Source: Laetmonice hystrix (Eukaryota). Taken from it: DNA of 64,000 nt. Position numbers and translations under genes: made by a program. The notes below the pieces were generated by a model. It worked only from the letters and a program-made list of their open reading frames with translations, ran no database searches and was not told the origin of the DNA. The stretch is taken from assembly GCA_965235115.1 (NCBI GenBank), contig OZ249438.1, positions 19,840,001-19,904,000 on the forward strand, given 5' to 3'. This document shows, in pieces, positions 26,305-37,313 of the stretch. Numbering within the stretch: the first letter of the stretch is position 1; every line of letters starts with the position of its first letter.

Positions 26305-27958
26305 TAACTGACAAACTTTCTCACGTCCGGCTCGAGGAGGATTCGAACCGAGAGGTGAGGGCAGAACATGAACACGTAACTGACAAACTTTCTCACGTCC
26401 GGCTCGAGGAGGATTCGAACCGAGAGGTGAGGGCAGAACATGAACACGTAACTGACAAACTTTCTGACGTCCGGCTCGAGGAGGATTCGAACCGAGAGGT
26501 GAGGGGGGAACATGAACACGTAACTGACAAACTTTCTGACGTCCGGCTCGAGGAGGATTCGAACCGAGAGGTGAGGGCAAAACATGAACACGTAACTGAC
26601 CAACTTTGTGACGTCCGGCTCGAGGAGGATTCGAACCGAGAGGTGAGGGCAGAACATGAACACGTAACTGACAAACTTTCTCACGTCCGGCTCGAGGAGG
26701 ATTCGAACCGAGAGGTGAGGGCAGAACATGAACACGTAACTGACAAACTTTGTGACGTCCGGCTCGAGGAGGATTCGAACCGAGAGGTGAGGGCAGAACA
26801 TGAACACGTAACTGACAAACTTTCTCACGTCCGGCTCGAGGAGGATTCGAACCGAGAGGTGAGGGCAGAACATGAACACGTAACTGACAAACTTTCTCAC
26901 GTCCGGCTCCAGGAAGATTCGAACCGAGAGGTGAGGGGAGAACATGAACACGTAACTGACAAACTTTCTCACGTCCGGCTCGAGGAGGATTCGAACCGAG
27001 AGGTGAGGGCAGAACACGAACACGTAACTGACAAACTTTCTCACGTCCGGCTCGAGGAGGATTCGAACCGAGAGGTGAGGGCAGAACATGAACACGTAAC
27101 TGACAAACTTTCTCACGTCCGGCTCCAGGAAGATTCGAACCGAGAGGTGAGGGCAGAACATGAACACGTAACTGACAAACTTTCTGACGTCCGGCTCGAG
27201 GAGGATTCGAACCGAGAGGTGAGGGGGGAACATGAACACGTAACTGACAAACTTTCTGACGTCCGGCTCGAGGAGGATTCGAACCGAGAGGTGAGGGCAG
27301 AACATGAACACGTAACTGACAAACTTTGTGACGTCCGGCTCGAGGAGGATTCGAACCGAGAGGTGAGGGCAGAACATGAACACGTAACTGACAAACTTTG
27401 TGACGTCCGGCTCGAGGAGGATTCGAACCGAGAGGTGAGGGCAGAACATGAACACGTAACTGACAAACTTTCTCACGTCCGGCTCGAGGAGGATTCGAAC
27501 CGAGAGGTGAGGGCAGAACATGAACACGTAACTGACAAACTTTCTCACGTCCGGCTCCAGGAAGATTCGAACCGAGAGGTGAGGGGAGAACATGAACACG
27601 TAACTGACAAACTTTCTCACGTCCGGCTCGAGGAGGATTCGAACCGAGAGGTGAGGGGGGAACATGAACACGTAACTGACAAACTTTCTGACGTCCGGCT
27701 CGAGGAGGATTCGAACCGAGAGGTGAGGGCAGAACATGAACACGTAACTGACAAACTTTCTCACGTCCGGCTCGAGGAGGATTCGAACCGAGAGGTGAGG
27801 GCAGAACATGAACACGTAACTGACAAACTTTCTCACGTCCGGCTCCAGGAGGATTCGAACCGAGAGGTGAGGGCAGAACATGAACACGTAACTGACAAAC
27901 TTTCTCACGTCCGGCTCGAGGAAGATTCGAACCGAGAGGTGAGGGGAGAACATGAACA
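26305..27958 (-). repeat. 72-bp tandem array (23 copies) derived from the B-box region of the adjacent SINE
   Basis: Minus-strand unit TGTTCATGTTCTGCCCTCACCTCTCGGTTCGAATCCTCCTCGAGCCGGACGTGAGAAAGTTTGTCAGTTACG. It contains GGTTCGAATCC (Pol III B-box) and runs directly into the SINE body. Confidence 0.95.
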
Positions 27959-28732
27959 AGTAGGAGAGAAAAGACATTAACGAGATAAAGAGTAGAAGAG
28001 GAATGAGAAGGGTGGGGGCGAACCGTCAAGGTTCTCTTTCAAACCTTACGTTTTGTTACTAGTTTACATCACATTTCTAGCCATTCTGACACTGAGCCGT
28101 GCATAGGAAAGTTACACATAAAGAAAGATATGCACGTCCACAGTCGGTCGTAGATAAGTCATGAGCCATGGGGTGTTTTTTTTCAATGGAGTGATAAAAA
28201 TAAAAGGACTTGAGACTTAAGATGAAGTGTTGACACTTCTTTTGACACTTATGTACACCACTGTGTGAGCAAACAGGATATGTTTCTTTCCAAAATCAAA
28301 CTGTCCATGCATGTACATGTAGATGAGGGCGCTAACCCGTCAATAGTCTGCTCGCATTGAGATTCGGGACACTATAATATTTTCTCAATATATCATAGCT
28401 ATAATATACCAGATGGATATGCACACCCAGGGCAGACACGTGTGAAACTGAACTCCATCGGGAATATATTGAAACGTTTTTCCTTTTTCCCACAAACAGG
28501 CGTATAAATTAATCCCATTTTATTCAGAACTTGATACCCTGAAAATGTAGTATGTATTTTTCTTTTGAAATGCACGGGCATCAGGCGTAACCCAATTGTA
28601 CGTAGATTAATGAGTATACTGGTATACACCTGAGAGTGTGGTACATGCAGACACATGCGGTAGAAAAACGCACTCTTGTCTTTTTAAATTGCAATATGCA
28701 AGCACATGGACGAGCTTTAACGCTTCCTGTAA

Positions 28733-29645
28733 TGCTTAGGTCCCACTGGGGAAAAATCATCGGCGATGTAGAAATACACAAATCGGCTCCCGATGGCTCC
28801 CGATGCTCCCGAAGTTTTTGGCCCAAACAACGGAGCAGTCCCATTACAGATGGCACGCATTAGGCATCGGGGATGGTCCAGAGAATGTCCCCCGAACAAT
28901 GGCCATGAATCATCGGGGATGGCTCCCGATGGCCGGGAAAGCCCCGGGGTACCTTCGGCGATAATTGGCGAAGGTGCCCCGGAGCTACCCCGAATTTAAA
29001 ACACCATCGGGGAAATATCCCCGTAGATTAGGGGAAGCATCGGTGAGTACTTGCGAACCATCCCCGGTGCCTCCCCAATAACCCTTCCCCGAGGCACCGG
29101 GGATGGTTCGCAAGTACTCACCGATGCTTCCCCGGTGCCTCGGGGAAGCATTGGGGAGGTATGGGAAGAATGCACTTTCAACCATGACCGACATTTCGGC
29201 GAATATTCGGGAATGCAACCCCACATCGGGAATGTATCACCGACAGGTCGCTGATAGGTCGCCGGACATGCGGCGGAGATCAAAATATCCCCGGAGGTTC
29301 CCTGATCCTTCGCCGAAACAACACACGAGGTTCGGGGGGACGAAGGTTTCGCGGAAGCTTAGGGGAAGCATCCCCGGGGCTTCCCCGGGGCTCGGGAAAG
29401 CTACGGGGTTGCCTCCCCGGCCTGTTTTACCGACAAAACGTCGGGAACACATCAGGAAAAATTTCAATGCAGACATTGAAATTTTGTGCAGTTCTCCCGA
29501 TGCCTCCCGATGGTTCCACATGGCTCCCGATGCTCCCGAGGCTTCCCCGGAACACCGGGGAACCTGTTCCCGACGCCTCCCGAGGCTCTTCAATTTACAT
29601 CGGGAGAACATCCCCGAGGCCAAAAATGCCCAGTGGGACTGAGCC
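28733..29645. mobile_element. PIF/Harbinger-like MITE (~910 bp) with many internal CCCCGA/TCGGGG sub-repeats and hairpins
   Basis: The ends taa|tgcttaggtcccactggg...cccagtgggactgagcc|tta form an imperfect TIR with TWA-like flanks. The interior has nested inverted repeats. The superfamily assignment is inferred. Confidence 0.7.
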
Positions 29646-30924
29646 TTAAGACAGAGAGGGCGAGCTAGTATGACGTTTTGGAAAAAAAAACTTCCATCAC
29701 TTCCGGCTGGACAACTGGTTCGAGGAGCACAGAGACATAGTCCAAAAGGTCGGTGTTCGTTCCCAGGCTTCTCCGAGTCCAAATTCTAGTCGGGCAGTGG
29801 AGGCTGTAACCAGCTCGTGAACTCTGACCCCAGAGCTCAGGTTGTCAAACAGACGCTGTCTCCCCCTGGTGGTGGTACGTCTGAACGGGCTGTGTCCGTC
29901 ACATGACAGACAGGTCATAATTCCTGCTCAGACAGCCTCCCTCCCTCCTTCCATCTCTCCCGACTCTCCCCCCCCCCCTCCGCCCGCCATACACACTGCT
30001 GGCACGCCGAACCCCGGCCCACCTTCTCAGGCCTGGACCCGTATTACATGAATGATGCATGCTGGCAGTGCCGTGTCAGACAATAAGACAGGCCTGTCGG
30101 GGCGCAAACCAGTTTAAATTTCATCCGCTGAGCAAACGGGCGACCGGAGGCCTGGCCGGAGACAGAATTTAATTTTTCATCCAAACTGCAAACTGCACGC
30201 CATTGTGTGGGAGCGGGCCTTCCTCCACAGATACCTGAAACCATCCTGGCCTCCTTCTCAGCCTTCTTCTCCGCGGCAACTTTCACCTCTCCATTCCCAC
30301 TCCTCTCCTGACAAGTCTTCAGGCCAAAATTTACCTAAACTAACTGCTCCCAGTACTCCACTTGTTTGCTGCCTGTTAGGCGCAATCCATTCTCCTATAA
30401 CAATCTGAAAAGGGGCAAGTGTGTCTTTGGCATCTACTCTTGTCGGATGCTAATGCGGTACATCAATGTAACATTACTCTCAGTTGATGAAACCCAAGAA
30501 AATTGTAAAAGATGTTTCCAGCCATCTAATCCGACAAAGGGGCTTCCACTGAGGAAAGATTGTTCCACTGTGGAATCTTAACTTGAGTCTGTGTATCTCT
30601 AGCTGGTGACGCCACAGTACATGAGTGGTGGTTTATTCAGGTTGAAAACAAACCTTTAACATTTCCAGTCCGCAGGTCACAGTGGGACTACTGGGAAAGG
30701 GAGCTAAGGACCCGGGGATACTGTCCCTATAGTACCATTCATGCAGAAGTTCTCGTGAGGAAAGTTTTTAACCATATGAATGGACAATTCGGGAACCACA
30801 TGCAGTCTACGTAATAATTCTACAAGATTAACTGTTACTTTCCCAAGCTAACTACTGAGGTAAACCCAGAGTTCTTGTTTTACTTTCGACTGTGCGTAAT
30901 TTCAACCTGGCTGCTACCACTTAC

Positions 30925-31155
30925 TTTTCATTGTTCATCTGAGCTTCCTTGTGTCCGGCCTGCGCCTTGTTGACCTGTTCGATGAGGGCGGTTTTTTCAG
31001 TCATGAGTGTTTTTATCTGAACAAGCAGGTGGTTGTTCTCCTTCTGGGCGACCTGGATTGTGACGTCCCTTTCCTTGACGGCCCCTTGGATGTTCTTCAG
31101 GGTGTTGTTAAACTGGTCCCTCAGGTTGGCTTCCTGTGACAGCGACTTGTGCAGG
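30925..31155 (-). CDS. MIPOL1: MIPOL1 coding exon (231 nt, phase 2-2): (S)LHKSLSQEANLRDQFNNTLKNIQGAVKERDVTIQVAQKENNHLLVQIKTLMTEKTALIEQVNKAQAGHKEAQMNNE(K)
   Basis: The acceptor is gtttgattccag|C and the donor is GAAAA|gtaagt. The frame is open and coiled-coil-like. Splicing to the upstream exon gives YYSLHKSLSQEANLRDQFN, matching the MIPOL1 hallmark YYSLHKSLSQEENLKDQFN. Confidence 0.93.
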
Positions 31156-31300
31156 CTGGAATCAAACCAAACAACAACCTCAATCAGGTTTTAATACTCG
31201 TACACCTACCACAGCTACATTTAATACGTCGACAACCTAGAGAACGGAAGGAGATTTATCATGTATGTATATGTGTACATCATGTACATGTCTGCGTGGA

Positions 31301-32116
31301 TCTGGCCATGGGAGACCCATCTCTGGACATCTTTAACTAGGTCTGGCCATGGGTGACCCATCTCTGGACATCTTTAACTAGGTCTGACCATGGACATCTC
31401 TGGACATCTTTAACTAGGTCTGACCATGGGTGACCCATCTCTGGACATCTTTAACTAGGTCTGACCATGGGTGACCCATCTCTGGACATCTTTAACTAGG
31501 TCTGACCATGGGTGACCCATCTCTGGACATCTTTAACTAGGTCTGGCCATGGGTGACCCATCTCTGGACATCTTTAACTAGGTCTGACCATGGGTGACCC
31601 ATCTCTGGACATCTTTAACTAGGTCTGACCATGGGTGACCCATCTCTGGACATCTTTAACTAGGTCTGGCCATGGGTGACCCATCTCTGGACATCTTTAA
31701 CCAGGTCTGACCATGGGTGACCCATCTCTGGACATCTTTAACTAGGTCTGGCCATGGGTGACCCATCTCTGGACATCTTTAACTAGGTCTGGCCATGGGT
31801 GACCCATCTCTGGACATCTTTAACTAGGTCTGACCATGGGTGACCCATCTCTGGACATCTTTAACTAGGTCTGACCATGGGTGACCCATCTCTGGACATC
31901 TTTAACTAGGTCTGGCCATGGGTGACCCATCTCTGGACATCTTTAACTAGGTCTGACCATGGGTGACCCATCTCTGGACATCTTTAACCAGGTCTGACCA
32001 TGGGTGACCCATCTCTGGACATCTTTAACTAGGTCTGACCATGGGTGACCCATCTCTGGACATCTTTAACTAGGTCTGACCATGGGTGACCCATCTCTGG
32101 ACATCTTTAACTAGGT
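31301..32116. repeat. Tandem minisatellite, 41-bp unit, ~20 copies
   Basis: Unit CCATGGGTGACCCATCTCTGGACATCTTTAACTAGGTCTG(A/G), containing the palindrome ATGGGT-G-ACCCAT. Confidence 0.98.
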
Positions 32117-32429
32117 ATCTAATTGTAACGGACTTAACATGCAATGGGAGTAGAACTAAGAAAAACCAACTTTGGCACCCTGGGAATGTAAAACTATTAA
32201 GAAGAGCAGTCGGTGATGCGCACTGCATGGCTCCATCTTAACCTCAGTGTAGTAAAACCGAACGTCTCATTGCTAGACCTCATGTATAAAATATCCTCTC
32301 CTTTCTGACCCTCCCTCTCCATTTTTCATCAGCACCCTTTCCCTCGATGACAGCAAGCTCCGTTTCGACAGAATATCCATTTCCTGAAACAAGGGGGCCT
32401 AATTAGTGAGGGAGTGCAGTTTTTCGCGG

Positions 32430-33800
32430 TGCTGTCAATCGGACCTTACCATCCGACCAGTTCTTCAAACAAGGCGCCCACATTTGTCAGTGACATGTCA
32501 GAGGACTGGCTTGCCACGCTCGCCAATAACCTGGTTGGAAATGAGGGAAAGTTGGACGGCTGTCCACTGGTGTTTGTTCAATTCATCATCGAGTTGGAGT
32601 TTATGAATGTTATCAGCGATAGGCCGTGTGTATCTATCTCTCTGTTATCGGAGGGCCCAGGAAACTGACAGCGACGGGCGTGCAGTATGTGCCACATACG
32701 CGTGTCGTCCCCGCCTGCTCACTGAGTCACCGACTCATTGCTGACACTGTGGCTTCAGTGGAACTCTCTTCTTCCGGCCACGGTATGATCCTATACCAAT
32801 CCGCCCTGGCACATATATAGAGAATAGACGGGGTGCCATGCAGAAATACGTGTTGCTGGCTGTATAACGTTTTTTTTAAATTGATAAAGAGTAAGATTAC
32901 AATTCGTCCCAATGAGTTGTGTTTAGCAGTATACATGTTGGTTGAAGAGTTCCTGAAGAACTTGTCCTTGCCTCTTTCAGAAACCATTAACAGTTCCAGC
33001 ATTCCACTGTGTTCGTATTCCGACGCGATAATGTGAACTCATTGCTGAAGCCAATAATACTGATGGGGCGAAATGAATTTGTCTGCCCGATATTGAAAAA
33101 TTAATTCCGAGTACTTGGCCTTCAGTTCCAATTTGGTACGAGTGTCTGCAGGCAGCATTGACTGGTAGATGGGAAAACGTGCGATTAATTGACTTCTCCA
33201 AGTGGACGGCTTGACAAACACACGGAGCGCTCAAGTAATTGGCAAAAACATGGATTTGTCTTGGGTATTAGCCCTCTTGCAACGTGACTGAAACAGACTG
33301 CGACTCAAACACACTATCTCTTGGTTTATAAGGGCCTCGCCAAGTTATGTTCTTTGCAGTCTTTCCACCTATTTCATACCGACTGAGTTTTTTTAAAAAG
33401 TATTCTCACTGCAGTCTGGGTAGAAATCTTCGACTCATTCCATCATCTTGACTAAAGTCATTTTTGTTTTATCTTGTGAAACACATTTTTAAATTAGCCT
33501 TCCACAAGACGTAAATCTGTAACACAAACAGTGGACATAGTTCATACTCTGCCCAAAACATTGCAGTGGAAATGACAAACAAAGTCTGGCAGCTTAGGCA
33601 GTGAAAGGAAGGGTAACTTTTTGTGGTCTACTCCCGTCTGTTCTAAGGCGTGTATTGGAAGTCTGCAGGGAGGACAGGAGACGTGATTTGTTTTCACTTA
33701 TGTCCTTCCGTGTGCTGCTGGCTCCCGTCATGACTTCTCTCAGTCTGGTATCTCTACAAGATGTATGCCAACTTCCCATGTCTGGCACTGGTCTCTCCAA
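32430..33800 (-). pseudogene. Possible decayed coding sequence (transposon or pseudogene fossil, family unassigned)
   Basis: One minus frame from about 33390 to 32640 reads ~250 codons with only ~4 stops (EYFLKKLSRYEIGGKTAKNITWRGPY...LELKAKYSELIFQY...). There is protein-like sequence in flanking frames. No domain was recognised with certainty. Confidence 0.3.
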
Positions 33801-36023
33801 CATTTCCTAACCATCCGTCACATCACGTCTGATTAAGGTGCCACTTGCAGGTTCACAGCTACAGTTTTCAGATCATGATTTATTTCCTAGTTTCTCTCCA
33901 AGGCCCTATTTTGTGGGTGGACAATTGTAGTGGCCAAGCACCAAATGACTTGGCTGGGATGGGATGCATGCACTAATGTACTGATGTGTGCCCCGATGTT
34001 TGTCCACATTTCATTTTTCATCCTCTTTGTTCAAACATGTAGGGCGCTTTTGATTCAGTTGGCAGGCCAGTATGGAGCCACCAAATATTTGAGCAAACAC
34101 CTTGCGCTGTGTCAATGCACGCCCCACACAATGAAACCTGATCACGGATGCCACGCCATTTTACACACTTGGTTGGAGTAAAAAAAACTCGTCATGTTTC
34201 ACTCCATTTGTGTGTGAGCAACAAGCATCCCGAAGATTGTCGACGAACGTGGAGGACAAACTACAGAAAACACACAAGACAGCGTTAAATTGGAACATTG
34301 AGCAGCAATGGATGGTGTCGAGCAAACACTCGACGACCGCCACCGACACCATGGCCACAGTCCATCGTCACACCTTTGCCGTGCCCGACGGCCGGAGGTT
34401 TTCAAAGACCCTGACCGACCGGCGTGCGAGAGGCCGACCGGGCGGCGTGCTCACATCGGCACGACCGGAAACACGTCGTGGTGTACGTGACAGGTGTAGC
34501 CAGACGGCCCAATCTGTCCGCCCAGCCTTCCATTACACCAACCATTCTCACTCACAACTCACCAATCGGCAAATTACCACCTTCCACTCCCATTAGACTG
34601 TTAGCAAACGCTATCGCCTTTCTTCGCTCCAACTGCCATCCCACCGTACATTTCGTCCCGGTGATGGCAGTCTACAGGCCCGTGTTTGTCAATGCATTAA
34701 TTCTCAGAGTTGGAGCCGGGAGAAAATGGCCCCTTCCACCGACCGGCTTCTCAGTGACGGAACCGAAGCCATGTCGGCTTCTTCCGGAAATACCTGGCGA
34801 GGAGCAAAATTTTATACAAAACTTCCTGGCAGGAGATGCCGGCACGCATGGCGAAGGCATTTCCTTTACTGCATTGTTCTGTTACTCGTATTTCAGGGCA
34901 GTTTTTTCCTCATGTAAGCCGGTTCCAACTTTACCTCACTTTATTCCCGGCCAAAGTGTTTTTTTGGTTGAACTTTGGCGTCAGCATGACAGCATGAGAT
35001 GACATTTCTAAACCAGTTTCGAATCTTGGAATTGCTGATTCTATTTTCTGATAGGCCCCTAATCCTTAAGAACAGTCCACTCTTAACTTTGCCTTTCATC
35101 TTGCCGCCATTATGCATCTCCTTGATGGCACTGGAACATTGCTATAGCACACGGCCAACCAATTGCAATCTTCTGACGGCCTTACAAATTTCTTCAAATT
35201 TGAAAAATAAGTCCGTCGTCCTGAAACTTGGACGGTTGTTTCTGCTGAAGGTGCCGAGACTGACGTACGTTTAGCACACTACCAGCACGTGGCTGTGTGT
35301 GTCAAGGTCTGTTCGTGCCTCCTCAAGTACAACATCCCATCTCATGGCTGCCGCCAACTGACTCTGTCATCACACTCATATTTAGATCTAAATACCAGCA
35401 AATTTGCCCAAGACTTCCAACATGTACACTTCAATCTAAATGGTGTGTTTTCAATATTTGCAGCGGTCGTCGTGATATTTGATGTTGTTCCGGCTGCTCA
35501 GTTACAACATTTGATCAAATAGTTTTCCCATGGGTCTCCGATATAGAAAAAGTGTATTTTTCTCACTGTTATGTAAGCCTCAGCAATGGGTGTCCACAAC
35601 ACAACAAAATTATGGAAGGCTAATATTGGCAATACAGCGAGAAAAGCTGTCAATAAAAAGTTGGCCTTGCAAATATTGGATGCTTGTGCATGGTAAACGA
35701 CTCTGAAAGTCTGACCAAATTTGAACTATGGGGGAAGATGAAGTAGAAGAAGCAAAGAGGCCAAATCCTCTACAAATTTGGACTAGCTTGTGGAAACATT
35801 GGATTTGCCACAAAAGTGACAATGTTTTCTCCTCCTCAGATGCTTGACTTTGGGAGCCGAAACTCGAGCGATACCCACCAGGGTGCTAGTTACTGCACAC
35901 TGTCGAGTATTTACTACGTTTTATTTAGGGGTCGCACGTAACGCGAAAAATGGTGCCGAGACACGGTCGTGACTGCCTTGTGTGTGTTGGTGGTGGTGGT
36001 GGTGGGGGGGGGGGGGGGGGGGG

Positions 36024-36650
36024 TAAACGTGTGCGGAGCCCCGATCAGTGAGTGTATAGACTCACCTAATGAGGTAAAAAATACCTTGATTCTACATAGA
36101 ATATTCCAACTCGCCTTTAGGCTTACTATTGCTTTACGAGTATATCTTCAGATATGTAAGAGTTTAAACGTGTACAGGGAGGTATATGCAGGGAGCCCAG
36201 ATCAGTGAGTGTATAGACTCACCTAATGAGGTAAAAAATACTTTGATTCTACATAGAATATTCCAAGTCGCCCTTAGGCTTACTATTGCTTTACGAGTAT
36301 ATCTTCCGATATGTAAGAGTTTAAACGTGTACAGGGAGGTATATGCAGGGAGCCCCGATCAGTGAGTGTATAGACTCACCTAATGAGGTACAAAAAAATA
36401 CCTTGATTCTAGTACATAGAATATTCCAACTTGCCTTTAGCCAAGCTTACTATTGCTTTACGAGTATATCTTCAGATATGTAAGAGTTTAAACGTGTACA
36501 GGGAGGTATATGCAGGGAGCCCAGATCAGTGAGTGTACATAGACTCGCCTAATGAGGTAAAAAATACTTTGATTCTACATAGAATATTCCAACTTGCCTT
36601 TAGCCAAGCTTACTATTGCTTTACGAGTATATCTTCGGATAAGTAAGAGT
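36024..36650. repeat. ~157-bp tandem repeat, 4 copies
   Basis: ggagccc(c/a)gatcagtgagtgtatagactcacc... recurs with spacing 157, 157 and 167 bp. It follows a G20 run. Confidence 0.95.
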
Positions 36651-36856
36651 TATTCTGAGGCGATGACTGACAGGGGGTGTTGAAGTAGTCTGACGTTGGT
36701 GTTTCTATGGGTAACAGCGACTTCAACAAAATAATTGGCTACTTCGTTAAAATGAGCAAAAGGCAGTCGTCTGACATTTGGTTCGTCACAACGAAACATT
36801 GTCCACATAAGGAATGTGTCTAAGTATGCCGTGAAGATGGAAGGCCAGATTCAGTC

Positions 36857-37054
36857 CAGGGCCCAGTTCATCTAAACGTAAGATCTTGCTTAAGTTTAGG
36901 TTTAACGTTTCTGATTGGCTGGTGTAAGACGACCAGCCAATCAGATTAAGTTTAGGTTTAACGTTTCTGATTGGCTGGTGTAAGAAGACCAGCCAATCAG
37001 AAGAGTTCATCTTAAGCTTAAGCAAAATCTTAAGTTTTTAGGAACTAGGCCCTG
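36857..37054. mobile_element. MITE (~198 bp) with TIR CAGGGCCCAGTT...AACTAGGCCCTG and a duplicated internal CCAAT hairpin
   Basis: The TIR extends through taagatcttgcttaag/cttaagcaaaatctta. There is an internal ~56-bp direct duplication, and each copy has a 14-bp stem TCTGATTGGCTGGT/ACCAGCCAATCAGA. A second copy lies at 9858. Confidence 0.8.
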
Positions 37055-37218
37055 TGTCCAGAAGCTCGTGACATTCTCAACCTGAGTCAAGCTTACTTAT
37101 GTAAACTTACAGGCTGCTGATTGGGTCATGGTCTGGTTAGACCGGCCAGCACATAAGTTTGAAGGAAGATTGACTCATATTGAGAATGTTCGAGATACCG
37201 GGCGTGATCGCCCCTTAC

Positions 37219-37313
37219 CTGTAGTAGATCTGAAGTGTTTGAAGTTCCTCCTCCAACTTTCGTACCTGTGCCAACGCCATATCTCTCTCCTGCTGGGTCA
37301 CCAACAGCTTGGC
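37219..37313 (-). CDS. MIPOL1: MIPOL1 internal coding exon (95 nt): AKLLVTQQERDMALAQVRKLEEELQTLQIYY+AG
   Basis: On the minus strand the acceptor is ttttattacag|GCC (phase 0) and the donor is TACTACAG|gtaagg (phase 2). The translation resembles vertebrate MIPOL1 'AKLL..QQ.R..A..Q.KKLEEEIQTLRVYYS' (recalled from memory, not searched). Confidence 0.92.

Noticed and set aside
26305-27958. tRNA gene cluster (GGTTCGAATCC T-loop motif)
   Set aside because: There is no A-box, cloverleaf or acceptor stem. The motif belongs to a SINE-derived unit.
26260-28029. 589-, 560- and 541-aa ORFs on both strands
   Set aside because: The 72-bp SINE-derived unit is a multiple of 3 and open on both strands, inside an intron. 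It is not credible as a gene without expression data.
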